A stretch of DNA of 64,000 bases from Phoronis australis (GCA_002633005.1 NMRA01000037.1:1136160-1200159); one strand, 5' to 3'. Counted from the first letter of the stretch, positions 43,273 to 58,760 are shown. Numbers and translations: made by a program. The notes: generated by a model from the sequence alone, not told the origin.

Positions 43273-46200
43273 CCAAAATGCAAGTGATCACGAAGATATA
43301 TGGTGCTACTCCACCAAAATTTAACCTTTAACCTCGAAAAGGGAGAAGATAAACGTATCAAGGTAAAGCAAACACCAATCGAGTTCATGCAAAGTCGTTA
43401 TACTCAGCACTAAAGATAACACGTTCTGCAGAATACGTAAGCTAATTTAGAAGAGAGGCGTAAAAGGTAAGCGAAAACTTCAGGGGCCTGTTTTACTGAA
43501 AAAGTCTCATTTGCCACATTTTAACTTGCAACAAGACTAAAAGTTAAGTCAGTGTTTCACTTCAGATGAAAAAAAATAAGATTTTCCGGACTTGAAGTCG
43601 CATTTGAACCTGTATAAATCTCTTAAAAAGTCGTAACTGATTATTTTCCACCTGCTTAAATTGCTGTTGCGACCAAAAAGGCCGCAAATACTTCGTTTAA
43701 ACAGTCCTCGTGTGTCACGAACGTAATCCATTCGCTTACACCAGACAATGAAAACAGTAATTCTGTCCAACAATTTAAGTGCATTTGGTAGCAGGGTGTG
43801 CTTCCGCGACACTCAACGTAAATTTCTCGCATATTCGACTTCAAGTGTAGGCTGCAGTCTGTAGTAATTCAGCCGAAGGCTTGCTTTTTTAGCGATGTCC
43901 TAGCAAGTGTCCCAGCGCTATATTGAACTCCACGCAAGTTTCAGCTCTTACTTTCACTGTCAGCTTGACGAAAGTGGTCTGTGGAATATCGTGTAGGCAA
44001 TTCTGCATTGAAATAATCAAACGTGAGGCACCTTAGTAGCCATAGTTGTTCAAAATGTAAAATGTAACAATTCTCGTGATCACCGCCACCGACGTGCAAT
44101 CTGATCAGCCACAAGCATGGATTTGTACAATGAGCTCACCGTCTGATGCAAATAGAAAGACTAAATGATAATCGTCTCTACTGGTCCTTCACAACCATGC
44201 TCCGTTGGCTCGAAGTTAAATCAATTTCTGTGCGACGGCTTGGTGGGCATTAGGCGCCCGAGCCCAAATGTTTAAAGTACAACACTTTTCAGATGAGAAG
44301 GGAGTGAAATGGGTAGATCAACCTGGAGTCACTTTTCAATGAACAGGGGGCAAACTCACAACCGAAATGAGATTTTACCACGGGGAAAGCTTTTTAACAA
44401 TGAACAGGTGGGCATTGCGCCACGGTGCCACCCCCACCCCCGCCCCCGAGGCTACTCTACTATTCAACAGAAAAGACAGAAAATTCCACCATGTATATGT
44501 ATGTGTGTTACCCGCCTCCCGTTCAGTAACGCTAGGACCTCGTTAAAAAGCAAGACTTCGCGAGATTACGTGAGATATTGCCATGCATTTTAAATAAGAG
44601 CACGTGACTTTGTCTAGGTTTTAACTAGGTCACAGCGTCTACTGAACGCACGCCCGATTTTCCCGTCTCAATTTCTGACTTTGTGATTGGCTAAAAAGGC
44701 AGCATACAGCGCCACCTCTTGCAAAATAATGTATTAGGAGAGCACAAAGATCCGTTACAAAAATAAGTAATTGAAAATGCGGGCCTTTAAGGATATAAAA
44801 TGCCTGAACGCATATCTAGTCATATAGGCAAGATGACGCTAGCCCCTGGACGTAGTCGCACGAATGATGTAGTTGCCCCCAGACGTGCAGTTAGAGGATA
44901 AAAAGCCAGGAGTAACGAAAACACATGACCTGTTTATGTGCCATCGTGAGGGTCATTGACTTGTTTTCCATAGCTGGGTCGAAAGTGTATGAACTGATCT
45001 CATGACAGCCAGTTTGGGCGAGCACAATGGAGATGGGAGACCACCTCGACCGCCATCACATGAAGGTGCTCCGCATTTGAGAGTCTCGGCGTTATTGAAT
45101 CTCGAGATGGTTCATTTACTATGAGTTAAAGACTTGCGTCAATGTTTTCGTTTTTTGAGATAGTCCTAGCAATACTTAAGCTACACCCCAAAACAGTATT
45201 TTCTCACTTCAACGTAGGTCCGTCAAATGAAATGATACGTGAAGTAGTCATATTGTATAGTGGGGGAGGGGTCAGTGGTTAGTCTGGCATCCATGCAGCT
45301 TCCACTATAGAGTGATGAAGCCGAGTGTATTTTCTGGCATCTGGTTCATTATTAGTCAATCAGGAACGAGGTCAACCGGTGTGTTTAAACTATCTGGACA
45401 TAAAAATATACTTTTGCAACCTTAAAGGCCGTAACTTGAGACATACTCCAGGTCAGTAAACATGGGTTGTGCTGACCTGCATACCCAATCGGCTCACAAT
45501 GTCACTCGAACACAACACTTCGTTTTGTGTAAGACTGTAGAATAGGAAGAGAACCACTTGAATCGCAGAGGCCCTTCTGAAAGCTTTGAAACAATATTAA
45601 AACGACATGCATAGAAGTTTGCTACGTTGCCAAATGTATGTCACTCAACTGACACCAGCCTCGTTTGAAGAAGATCGTGAATGCGCTCGATAGGTGGCGC
45701 TAATTTGCGGCACACACGATAAGTTTCACCATTTCAAAGCAAAACTTCACGAAAACTTTTTGTGAGAAAGACAGTATCAATAAGAACTTAACGTGAAATT
45801 CATGACGAAATTGAAAACCGAATAAGTGACCAAGAAATTTTTCTTCTGAAATGTTTTACTGCGTTGGCGTCTACTGAATCCAATGCGCGAAACAACCGAT
45901 TGAGTTCGCTTCGATTTCCGGCAGCCTCTGAGGAGACTCCGTCTGTCAAGAAACGGCGCTGGACCACGTCAGTTTCGACCAGTTACGCGCCAACACTCCT
46001 CAAGCAAGCACCTGTCAAGATCCCTCCTGAACAAAAATAAACTTACTTCAGTTTAATTACAAACGATTTTTCATTGTACGCGCTCTTGCCGCTGAACCCA
46101 AATAGTTATAAGGAAATCCGCTAAGCTACAGCACCATTGCCATCAAAACTTGACCTCACTAAACTCGTCGTCGGGAGCTTGTGTCAACACAGTGCTTAGG

Positions 46201-49200
46201 AAGAACTCAACGATACTCGTTAAGTACAACTCTTATAACACTAATCCTATAGTCAACTTTACACAAAATAAATTTGTTGAGTGTTGATTGGTGATAATGT
46301 TTTATTCGAAAATTCAAATTTCAAAAACGTTCCGGATAAATGTGTCCTGTTACTATATGCCTTGCTAAATATCCTGGAAGCCACCATTGTGAATCCTGAA
46401 GGTAATACAGTTATTGGTTATTCTTAAAGCTGCACCATAGCAAAAAGGCAAATCGGCAAAGTTGCCAAAGTTTTGTCCAGTTTGCAACCAAAATTTGGGT
46501 ATCATAGAATTACCAAGCAGTGTGGAGAACGTATCGTATACAAAGAAATACTTTGGACAGATCCAGACACCGCAGATGGTTCTAAGGGTTTCGCAGGAGG
46601 TCTGACCACAGTTTGCAAAAGACATACTCTAGTAACGGCATGCCGAAGCCATTTTTCTTTGAGGTCATGGACGGCCCTCCTTGACCGTTTAATGTGATCA
46701 GAGTATGTTTTGGTTGAAAACAATTATGCAAATTAAATGCAAACTAAATGCAAATCACATATGGAATACTAATAGTTGTTTCTTGTTATAGAAATGGTGA
46801 CTCTACTTTCATCTGCCGTTCAGCGAAACTTCACACCTCTTCAACTCATTCGAGAAATTCCAAAATACCTGAGGCAATGATAATATGCTTTATGTTGAGT
46901 ACAGTTTTGATTACTGGTGCTCTAGGCCTCCGAAAAGCGAGGCTTTAATTTTTATTTCGGCAGCGACGCTTCTCAGCAACATCAAGCCTATTACGAGTGC
47001 AAACGCTCCCACAACTTGAACGTTTTCTTTTGCCTGTCGTCCTCTCATATTTTCGTCCTTGTAATTTCTTCAAATCTCTCAAAATAATGCCAAACTCTAC
47101 TAAACAGTTTGGATGAGTTTACCAGCAAACATTTGGCAGAGTTTGTCAGGTTATACTAGTTGTCCAAACTATATAAAACATCAGCAAAAGCAGAGTTTGG
47201 ACGTGTTTACAAACAAAAGCTTGGTGAAGCTTACCCCTGTCAAGACCTCGCTTTAAGCGACTCCTATCGACATCATCAGGTATAAGTCACGCGAGCTCTC
47301 GTTAATCTGCGTTACTTGGCAACACGCACGTACAGTAATCCCTTTTCCAACATAACCTTTCGTTAACTAATGCATCTCAATTAATTAGCTGTTTGATTAA
47401 GGCAAATATTTGGGTGCGTAAATATATAGTTCCTGGTTTCAACGGAATAGGTGGTACTCGTATTATGCAACTTCATTCATTTTTATAAATTCATATAACA
47501 ACGTGTAGATAAGTTCAGTTAGCTTGAAAAGCATGCTTTCTCATTAAAGTTTTATCTGCGCCACTGTTTTAACAGGCGTCTTTAGACCCGCATTTATTCG
47601 AATTGATAAACCTTGGATTAGACCACTTACCAATTCGCTATTCCTGGAGATCATACTCGACAAACAAAATGACGTCGCGCCTGGTTTCAAGCAGTAACCT
47701 AAGTGTCGATTCAGAAATCACATTCATTTTGTCTAAGGAAAAATTTGAGACCAATTTCGACAAATCATCTTAATCGTTTTTTGTGACGACATAAGGGTTT
47801 ACAGCCTCTTTAGAATGAAGGAACAATTTCAACAACGTACAAGCATGCCTTGTTTACAAATTCCTCGAAACTGCATACGTAGCTCACAGAAGGCTGTGCC
47901 GTAACGCCCTAATAGTCACTGGCACTTTAATCGCTTGTTTATTAACTAACGTCAAATCTGATTATTCGATGGCTTTTTTCATGGACAGCGCACAAAGGAA
48001 TTTCATTTAACTTAACGATATTATTCTCTTTAATGCTAAAAAACTAAATACGTCAATTCTCAACGCAGCATTCTAACGGGTTCAAATAAATTCTTAAAAT
48101 AACATCCTTAGTGGTTAATGTCTACCCGGGGCAGCGATTAATTTTTTTGAAATGCAATCCACCACCCTCGGGTACATAATGCAATCCGCACCCCTCAAGT
48201 TCTTATTCGTAGCTGTTTCAATACCTCACGCTTTGTGTGAAAACTTGAAGACAACGTCACAGGCCTTATTGAAGAGCAAAACAATGCAAAAGTTTAATAT
48301 TGTCTTTCTGAAACTTAGTTTAGAATCAAAATACATTGTCGTGCATATGAACATGTGCTTAACACGTAAAGAACGAAAGTTGTCGGTTTACAAAAGCGGG
48401 AGCGACTCTTGGAGATTCTTCTGTGGCAAAATATACAAATTTTCGACTTTATCATGCAACATAATTTTGTCGTGTTGGCTAATGAGTTATTTTAAAATGT
48501 TTTTTTTTTTTGCTTTTATCGGTCAACCAGTCAGTCTCTCACGCGTCTGTGCATATAAAGTAACTGAAGATTCTGAGAGAGACAGTTCATTTGTTTAATC
48601 AGATATCCTTCACAATAATTATTTTGACAACTTCAGTTGTAATTGCTAATGACCGTAGATAAGCTGGCGGATTTCTGGCAAACTGGATAGTGGTACAAGT
48701 CTCAAGCGGTTACCCATACTCTAATATCCATTCTAGCCACATAATAGGAAACAATACGGGAAAGAAAGAGTTGGCGGTGTTTACTACAAATATTTCAATT
48801 TGTGGCACAACGCCAACGTATCTAATTAAGCATTCGCCAAATGTCTGGGCTTAGTAGTTTTCTTTTCTGAATATCGCCTCTGTTTACTAATATTTGCTAA
48901 AAGTTTTATAGTTGAAACTTCTTTATTTAAAAGGACTTTCTCGGCGAGAGAACGCGATAACTCTGCAGTGGCCGCCAAACGATTTACCGCTGAGTGAAAA
49001 TCCACGGGAGCCTCAAAATGTGAAGGAAATTTTCAAAACTCCTTTCAACGTCTGCTAAACGAGCAAGCGTGACCTACACTTTTAGCGGATTACACGGCAC
49101 CTGTGGGAAAAGACCACCCCTCAAGGACCATAATGTCCAGTCTGTGACATAGGGAGAATGGGTTTTTAGTTGACTCCTGCCATTAACTTTAAGGTTGACA

Positions 49201-49376
49201 CCAAAAATGCATTAACAGGTGACAGAACGAGGATTCATTTTGCTGAAATCATCAAAAATTGTTAAAGTAACTCATTTTTAAATGGCAAAGGCACAGGCCT
49301 GGATTTCAGGGAATGTCTCGAAATGAAATCTCAGAAACACAACGAATTTTTTACTACATGTTTTAGCTTTTATAAC

Positions 49377-49512
49377 CAGGGTCGGATCCAGGTTGGGGGG
49401 GGCAGGGCACAGTTTTACCCAGACATTCGCACCGAGAACTGTCAAATGGAATCTGGGAGACTTTTAGGAGGGCCATGGCCCCCTTGTCCCCCATCCCTTA
49501 ATTCCAATTCTG
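49377..49512. mobile_element. Inverted, diverged copy of the 5895-6056 MITE
   Basis: CAGGGTCGGATCCAGG terminus, shared GGCCATGGCCCCC core, flanks ATAAC/ATGAC. Confidence 0.65.
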
Positions 49513-52500
49513 ATGACATCTATAGTCCGTATGTCGCTGTGTTTGTAAACTGGCGTACGAAATAACACAGGACAGTGAAAGAAAACACGATAATGAGGGC
49601 AAAAACAAGAATAAAAACATACGCAAATGAATCCATGAAAAATATACTCAACTTGAGCTTATGTCTTGCATAGTGCGTTTGGTTTTGTCGAAGTTAGGCA
49701 CGCGCTCGCGTGTTTTCGTTCCATTTTAAAAACCGCTTGGTACATGTCTCTCTGCGGAGAATATACATGTTCGGATAATCCTGAACGTGCAAGAAATTCA
49801 TTGGTGAACGAACGGACAAAACGCAAAGTATTGTGTCGTATCAATAACAAATTTAACCAAATCAACAGTTTATAGTCGGCGACGGACGATATTTGCTACG
49901 CCATCAACGTTAACACTGCATCATGAAATTTTGTCGGTCGCCTTTGTTCGCTTTCTCGTGAGCGAGGCGTACATGAACAAAGTTAAAAGATAGGCTGGTT
50001 TGCTCACTATGCTTGTCCGGAACCTGCTTTGCCAGGTTGTTATAGCCCTGTTGGCTGTTTGGTGTACAAACTTGGTACTTTACATGGTATTTGCCCATTT
50101 GGCAGTTTGTACTCATTTGATACTTATTGAATTTGCCACTTTGCTCGACCCACTTGGTAGGCAATTGGCCAATACCCATTTGGTATGATGTACCCATTTG
50201 GTACTATACTAACCTGTGCCACCGTAGTATCCTATACTCAGTTACACATTAGGTATCGCAAATGTGTGTGTTATCTCTTGCAATTAAGGTACCGATCTGG
50301 CACCTTCGGTGAAATAATTATTTATGGAGCTGTGACCCTGTAATTCCCAATACAGCCTAAAATATATATTATTCTTGTGTTTTTTTATTTGTCCCCAATA
50401 AAAGATAGCAGTTTCTTTAAGGTTCCTAGACTGAGGGAAAACAAAAGAGAGATTTACATGCAACCGGAACGCGGGACAAATCGCGTTCATTTTGTCCGCT
50501 GCCTCGCTTGCACTTGCTGTAAAGGACCTTTTGATGTCATGAACTTTATTCTTTTAATTAACATGTTGATTACATTTCCAGGTCATTATTTGTGGTGTGT
50601 AACACACTTGCTACTGTTCAACGGCAAGGTGTTTTGGTAAAATCAAAAGATTGCCTAGGTCAATAAAGCCAGCGAGAAAATGTTTTCTATGTAAATAGTG
50701 GTGCTTTTTACAAACCACGCCGCTTGTGCGTTGGTTGCAAAATAAAAACTCCAAAGAATGAAAACATTAAACGATGAATTGATCTGAATAAATAAAGTGC
50801 AACAACTGTATAACCGATCCAAGTTCAGATGTGAACACAATTTAACAGCTACGACCTGCAGTTCATCCTACGTGGTGGAAAGTAATAAAAACGTGTTGCC
50901 AACCTAGTTTTTTGATCCCACACTGAATGACAACAATAAGCCGATCGGCGAGTCATTCGGAAATATCGCCTCACAATGTTTCATTGCGATGCGTTGTTAT
51001 TCAATGACATAGTGGGGATATGTTAGATAATTTACAATTATTTGAAAACATCCACTGCAATGTTTCTGATTAGGAGTTTGTAGTGTTACACTACATGTTT
51101 TCGCTCCGTGCGTCCTCAACAAATCTAACATCGCATTCAGATGTGTAATTTTCATGAGATAGGACGCCTGCTCATGAAAGAATACGCAGAATTTATAAGA
51201 GTTCTTTAACGTTAGTATGAGGAATACGATTATTCTGTTAAATCTGATGCGATCAACATGAGCCTACAGTTAGACATTGGAGTGCGGTATTCTCACTTCA
51301 GGTAACTGAGCAGATCCGTCGCCGGCCTAATAAGAGGACCGTGAGATGTCTGATAAAATCGTTCACATGTGATTTTTTGGACGGTCGATTTTTTTAATCG
51401 GTCGTCATGTGAACGCTGTATAAAAACTAGGTGATGTGTGTCGCGATTTATCTTTCCTAAGTAGAGCCACGCGCGGAGATAATTAGGGGAAGTCCCCACT
51501 TCAACCAACATAGAGTGTAGACGTGTAAAAATTAAGAACGCTCACGCGGCGTTTTGAAAAGTCTTCCACATCAAAAGCGTAATTTAAAAATGGATTTTCA
51601 GTGTACTTTAGGCCTACCTCTTTCGCGCACCATAGTTATGCAAGACGTATTGAAATAGCAGGTCACGTGTAATGAGCAACAGTGCATGAATAGCTCCTCT
51701 GAACGGCACAACGTGTATTCAGACTCGTAGTTTTCTTTATTATATTACAATACGACTTTATTAATAGCTGAACAAGGTAGCATGAACGGCAACTAGAGTA
51801 CAGCACACGGCAAACTTTGGACTGGCACATTTGATCTTGCTCAGTTAGGATTTCTGTCGTCTCTCAAGCCAGTAATCAGAAGAACCCCCTTAAGACAGCA
51901 GTGGAAATCCTCTCAGTCGTCCTGGAACCAACATTCAGTCCGGCGCGAGTTTTACAACACCTCGGGGTTTATAGCGCATTAATACTACACGGTCTATTAA
52001 CCACATCACTGTAGATTTACCTCAAATGCTCGTGATACGTAGACTTGGTAAGGACTGGGGTTGTATTTGATATTTGTGATGATGGGACGTCAGTTTTAAG
52101 ATTGCGCACTGCTGCTGGCATCGTGTTAAAAAGCCTCTCTGTGGATTTTTCTCAGGACAGGTTTTGAGAGATCAGAACTGTTGGGGGCTGTCAACAGCAC
52201 GGATGCGGCTCTGAATCTACTACGCACAGTTTAGACAGACTGATGAAGCAATGTTCCCGAATTTCTTGGACAGACAGCGGACTAGAAGCTCGCCGTTCAA
52301 GAGGGACAGCAAAAAAGGCTCGTTTTACAGACTGCGAAAGTAAGTGTCCTTGTGTATGTAATGATATCGTATTCCAATAGTGTGTGGTTTTCAAAAGAAG
52401 CGTTGACCTCTCGGCACGTTCAACGCTCGTGCTGGCTCCTCGGCGCCGCCTTACAGTTTCGTGCTCCCCTCTTCCTGCGTGTCAAACCTTTGCTCTGGTA

Positions 52501-55500
52501 ATATACGGCTCCTTTTCTAAATCTACAGCCAGTGTCAGAGTAAACTAAGAGTTTGTGACCTGTAAAACAATTGTGTCCACACACCTTCATTTTGTGCGCG
52601 CGGTTATTGTCCTTTAAACAGCACCCCCAGGCTATCCTTTCTCGTATCACATCTGTCCAACGTAAACAATGTTTAGTTTACGTTTTAAGATTTTATCTCA
52701 GAGTTCAAGTATTTCTCGTTCGGTATATAATCTACTGCTTTACGCTGTATAGCATGCAAGAATGAAAAAATCAAACCATTTCAATGATTAGTTGTTTTTC
52801 TATACGAGCGACCTCATTAGGTGTGCTTGGTGTCTCATTTGTCATCAAAAATTGACTCACACACGGTGTCATTCACTCAATGTCGGACACGTTGATTTTG
52901 CACACACGGTTATGTACACCGTTTTCCTGAAACCGTAGTAAAACTAAGAATAATGCGGCAGCTTTACGCCTATAGATACAATGGTTCAGAATTTCGTCAG
53001 TTGGAAAATTGTTATGAAGATAGAAACACCAGAAAATTCTCACAGTTTGGGTGGTTATCATAATGTATTTGGTAATGATTTTGACGAAATAGATAAACTA
53101 TACTTAAACGGAAATTAATGAATAATGGAAACTCCTAATTGGATTGGATGGTTATCGATTACCTTCATTTTGTAATTTGGATATAAAATGGAAATTTGAT
53201 AAGATACTCCAGACAAGAGTCCTGTTGCGTTGGAAGCTGTAATATTTTTCCGGCTAAATGTTATTGCAGTGGGTTCCACTATGCCAATAAAAGCAAGGCA
53301 ATACTACGTATTAAAATACCTAGTTAAAACTAACCCCATAAAATACGTAGTGTTTCAGTCAGTCGTTCAGGCGAATTCATTCATAAGGAACGCTGTTTAA
53401 TTACAGAGTGCATGGCCCCGTTGGACCTTTATCAACGGTCGTATGCACGCAGCTACTACAGCACGTAGCTTGAATGCACCTAGCTGCAAACACATCGTTG
53501 TGTTCTTGAAAAGAACGTAACGTTGCAGCGAATGCAAATTTGACCGTTGAACGTGTCCACACTCAACAACCATCCCTATTTAGTGCCCTAGGAAATTTCC
53601 AAGCTAAGCGAAAATCTTATCTCAGGAATGGCTGATCGGGTTTTTACGAAACCATCACGCATACTGTTCTTCATATATTGTTCTCCATCAGGCATTGTCT
53701 TTAAAGTGTTCCATTTTTGTACGAGACTCTATGAAAATAAAATCGGACTTTTATGATTTTCAAGAAAATAAGAAACGTTACTAAAGCAAAATGATTTAGA
53801 AAACTGTGACAGTCTTTTTAAGATTTCATCTTGAAACATTTGCATTAAGCGAAAGTTGGTGATGTCTTCGATACAATTGGTTTATTCCTAAATACATGTC
53901 ACGTGATCTAACATATGGCACATTGGTAAAAAGTAAAAAAGTAAAATTATACTGCCTTTCTTCTGTAATAAAATAATGTTTCACCGAGTTCAAATATATA
54001 GTCTTGAAGATATTTGGCTACTGTAAGCTAGGTCCCACTGCGTGATAAGAAAAAGATACGACGGTTTCAGCTACGACTTCGCTTACGAACTTTGATGAAA
54101 TGGGACTCAGATCACACAGTGAGAATATATATACAGGAGAGAGCGGACGATATGACGTCACCATAGCAAAGCTCTTTACAAGACTGCCTGGAGGTTTCGC
54201 CGACTTAATTCTGGTAGAAACTCCGGTGTCGTCGCAAATTACAAAAATCCAAATATGGGTGACCGAGTAAGGGCTAATTCTTCAAACTAGTTTTTAACAT
54301 AAATCCCTTGAGCTTGTTCACCAGAAAGCGTCTCTGTTACGCTCGGGCATTAGTAAGCATAACACGATATATCGTAAGAGCAATGGTCAAGCATTTATAT
54401 TTTAACTGCGTTAAGGGGAGACTTTGTTGTTGTCAGAATCTGTGTTTGATTGCAGATTTTGACTAGGAAAGTGTTCCTTCAAGATGTGAGAAAATAACTA
54501 CCGGAACGTCGTTCTGTATTTTTCTACACGGTAGAAGCAGGTTGTTTCCAGCGTATGCCAAAAAAATTGCAGCGCAGATGTCAGTACAACACCATAGGCA
54601 TATGAAAACGAGACACGCGGGAAATAATATAATAGGAATATGGTGGAAATCAATGGTAATTATAAATAGATGGCCTTATGATGGTATTATTTAGCTATCT
54701 ACAGTCAGTCAAGATCCGGTCACTACTCTTCGGTTTTTCAGGACATATTCTGGAATCTGAAAACTTACTACTTGTGGCTTATTGATGATAGCAATCACCA
54801 CGGAATTACCTGTGAAAAGACGTATTGTACGGTTTGATGAATATTTTTCGAAAGGAATATAAAACTTCATTCCTTAATAAGGTTTTCAAATAATAAGCTG
54901 GAAGATATTACATAACTTGACTTATTTGTATTGGCGTAGTTTGGTAGCCTAAGGATAATACATTAATAGTGCTGAACACTAGAGGTGACAAAGCGTTGGC
55001 AGGTTATCAGGACTTGCGTTTAAAATAGTGTATTGGCAACTTATAGATATTGTGTTATTCCAGTAAAAGAAAATGACCTTCGAATACACAAAATGCATGA
55101 ATGTTCCAAGACCCCATCGCTGTGCTGTTCAATTAACGACTAGTCAAGTATGCAACAAACGATCTGAGTGTGTGTTGCTGCAGTATGTCGAGTGGTCTTG
55201 TTTGGTTCTGAAGTTAGTGCAACCGCCTCAGTGTGGCTGGAAAAAAACAACACGAAACTTTTTCTTAAACAGAAATATCCCATAGGCCATAGAGAGAGCA
55301 CGTTTCAACAATGTGCGGTGCAGATGGTGGTCACACTGGGCGACGTCAGTCGTTTGGCCACGTGGCAAAAGTCCTGGCCACATGACACACAGACTTATCT
55401 TAAAACAAGTTACTACGGGAGAGTTTCTACCGGATGACTAAACTGCAGTCACGCCACGCGCAAGAGCGTTTGCATTAAGATTATGCCACGTACCGTTCTT

Positions 55501-57479
55501 CCTCGATAAATTTTACTAAAAAGATATGGTCACGTGACTCAACTAGTAACAAATTGGCAAAAAGCCAAAAATCAAATTCTGCTGGCTTTGTGCTTTCATC
55601 AAATACGTATTTTTACTGAGTTGAAACCTATAGTTTTCTAGATATTTTGCGAAATGCACACACATGACGGTAAAGTCTTGCATGGCCTTTTCAGCGTACT
55701 TTAAAAATACGAGCTACTTACAATGTATCTTTTCTTCTGAGCCTTAATTCTGTTATTACGAAATACAATTCTTTTCTCATTAAAGGAGGTGAATTGCGAT
55801 TGGTGATGAGAAAAGTAAACTAGGGCACGTAATCTAATATTTTCACGCGAAATCATTTCTTTTTGTATTTTCAGTCCTACTTTTGTGTGAACTCAAATTA
55901 AGTGTGTATTATTCTATGCTTCTGTGTATAATGGTTAACAAGGATAACTGTATAGTCCTAGTTGTCATTTGATGACCCAAGTATAAGATTAAGGGTTCGA
56001 GTCTGAACTCGAAATTTCGAGTTTTTCCTCGGAATCTCGAGCATTAACTGGAGCTTGTAGCGCGAACCTGGGGGTCATCAAGTGCGAACGTGGACAACAA
56101 ATTCGTATGCATAAACCATAATGTACTTGAGCACAGGCTAATGGATACTTAACGCGAGTTAGCTCAAAAATAGATCGGGAAATGCCAAATATAGTCTAGA
56201 GCTCGATTTCGAACACAAAAATTAGCCCTGGTCGTAAAATAATTGCGTTATTATGTTGTTTAAAATGACGTCATTTGTACGATTTGAATCCAGTCAAATA
56301 AAACTAAAATGCCTAAATTGAAAACAATGACAAGGGCACTATAGATTTACTTGTGCTGTAAATTACCAAAGCTTTTAAAAGTTATTTCCGGGCTAGGGAC
56401 CTGGTAAATCTTAATCCTTCTCAACTCCCCTGGAGTATACAATGGATTCAACCGTTGTGTCTTGCTATGAAATTAAAAATCATATTCAAATGTTTTATAA
56501 GTTGATTGTCGTAAAACAACGACTCGAGTCCTTTACGGCTTTTGGCAAACTTTAGCGACACCTTTCAGGCAAGACAACTAAGAAATGACTTCCCAAATAT
56601 GACAGTATATAGACTCAGGAATATTATAGTTTTATAGAAATATTGTTGGCTAACAGTAATTTATCATAAACAATCATTTCAAAGGTGAGCCGGCATTAGC
56701 TAGTCTCACATATATAGTCTATATTCAATTTAGTCCTACTGCGACATCAAGCGACCATTTCTGTTTTTGGAAACCTCTGTTTCCCTTTCACGTAAGTTTT
56801 CTCTTTGTCGAACTATTTTTGAGCGTACTCACAAAATCTCGATTTCTGCGACTTGTTTGGCAGTTTTGAGTGTGCCGACTCGTGGACGAGACGGTCTCGC
56901 CTGATCCAGTCTTGAAAAGCTTCACGTTTTTAGTCCATACTTGAGCGCTATTGGACGCACCGTAACTTCAGGGATTGCATTTTATTACAACGATTGGTGT
57001 TCAGAAAATGTGTTATGCTGTTGAGCTCAAGAGCATTTGTTATCATTTATTAAAACATACTTTGCAATCATTAAAGTACGTACTGCATGCACTTCATCTT
57101 TATTGATGGTTTGAAATGAACTTGTACAATGACGTGGCGGATTTGCTCTTCAGAGGCGCAGAAGTCTGATGGTGCTTATCATTGTCTTACGTTTTGAGAT
57201 AAGCCGATAAGGTACACAACGCATTACTTCAATAATTGAACGTCGAAATCGAAGATTTGCCAACTTCGCGGTGTTTGTAGGAATACGTTGATTATGGTGA
57301 AACCTGCACGCGCCATTACTAATGACAACTGTTTAATTAGGCATTTGCATATATCAGCTGTTGAAGATACCGTGAGAGTTTTCATCATATCTTCAAAATA
57401 TAAACAAGTAATAAATACCAATATCTATTAAAAACAACAGTTATGAACTAATTGCCTGCCCTCGTAGTTATAAATTCTG

Positions 57480-57900
57480 TAAATGTTTATCGACACAAAA
57501 TTCTATATGACCGCTCGCTGCGATTAGGTATTGATTACCGATACGGTTTAATATGGACTAAATCGATGCTTGTTAAAACCTGTGAAGTTACCACAGTTAA
57601 AGCTTGCAAAGCATGTTACGCTTTGCAATATAAAGAAACTTAGAATGTCAGAGAAAGCTGAGAATTAAAGATAAATAGTTGTTGTGCTCAACTGGCTTTG
57701 GAATTACGTGGATCAACCAAGGAGTTGCCGACGATGATATTTTTATAAATGAATTCAGAAATAGATGTAAAGATATGGAATGCCAACACTGGAACAGATT
57801 ACTGTCTAAGAGTAGTCTCGATATTTAAATGATTATTCAAAAACGATCTCATATTTGAATATTATATATCTCATGTTGAACAATTTGTTCAGGATTCGAA
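57480..57900 (+). mobile_element. Decayed LINE ORF2 C-terminal fragment
   Basis: Frame-broken peptide CKACYALQY...LLCSTGFGITWINQGV.DDDIFINEFRNRCKDMECQHWN, resembling the post-RT region of invertebrate LINEs. Confidence 0.55.
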
Positions 57901-58287
57901 TGTGCTAAATTCAGTGTCAACAGGCTGCAGAAGTGCTACTGAAGGTTTACAATGGTTGTGTAGTTTTTGTGACACATAACCTTTCTTTAAATGAAATTAT
58001 TTTTTTTAGTTGTGTGTCTTTTATACAACGATCTTCGACAGTGATACTTGCCACCAGTGTGACGTATACATAGTCGATGGTAATTTTGTGAATTTGATGG
58101 AAACAAATAGCTTTAAGACTAAGACACGTGTGTAGTTTTTATCAACAGCTAAACAAAGACGTGGATAATATTGTAGACGTCTAAATACATGTTTATATAT
58201 TATATGTAATGTGGACTAGTGGCCTTATTTCATGAAATAAATTGCTAAAAGGTATTTGACTGGCAGCCCAGTGCACATGCGCTCCAG

Positions 58288-58437
58288 CCTGCCGTTCAGT
58301 AACGCTAGGACCTCGCTAAAAAGCAAGACTTCACGAGATTACGTGAGATACTGCCGTGTATTTTAAATGAGAACGCGTGACTTTGACTAGAATTTAGCTA
58401 GGTCTTAGCGTAGGTCCTAGCGTCTACTGAACGCACG
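58288..58437. mobile_element. About 150-bp MITE family; other copies at about 25998-26135, 42611-42745, 44514-44653 and a diverged one near 58830-58960
   Basis: Inverted ends GTTCAGTAACGCTAGGACCT / AGGTCCTAGCGTCTACTGAAC and a shared core AAATGAGAACACGTGA. Confidence 0.75.
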
Positions 58438-58589
58438 TCAGGTGTGGCCCCTGGGTAACTGACAAGGAGACCAAACATTGATATAGATTGGATATTCGAG
58501 GTATGGTGAAACTGAACAATCGTGACCCCCTGAACACTGAAAGACTCTTAACAGAAAAATTGCACTCTGGAACGGGTCCGCCAGAAACC

Positions 58590-58760
58590 CATGGAGGACT
58601 CTCCAAAACTGAGCTAGTTAGAACTCAAAAAGACAGTCCAAATGATTCAGTACGCTCATGGTATTGGTATGGCGGACCCTTACCAGTCTTAAATGATCTT
58701 GCGCTCTACGGAACACGCGCATTTCGACCTGCATGGGGGCATTCGTCGGTGGAAGATTAC
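58590..58760 (+). mobile_element. Possible decayed Gypsy-type pol fragment (RNase H-integrase linker)
   Basis: LSKTELVRTQKDSPNDSVRSW...PVLNDLAL resembles the ELxxAQxxDPxxxxVxxW...P linker pattern; weak. Confidence 0.35.

Noticed and set aside
48152-48598. 148-aa ORF, the longest unexplained one
   Set aside because: Composition of random AT-rich DNA, with no motif or splice support.
51850-52520. Possible LTR-retrotransposon 3' remnant on the minus strand
   Set aside because: Only a vague KTRAG-like peptide; no reliable motif.
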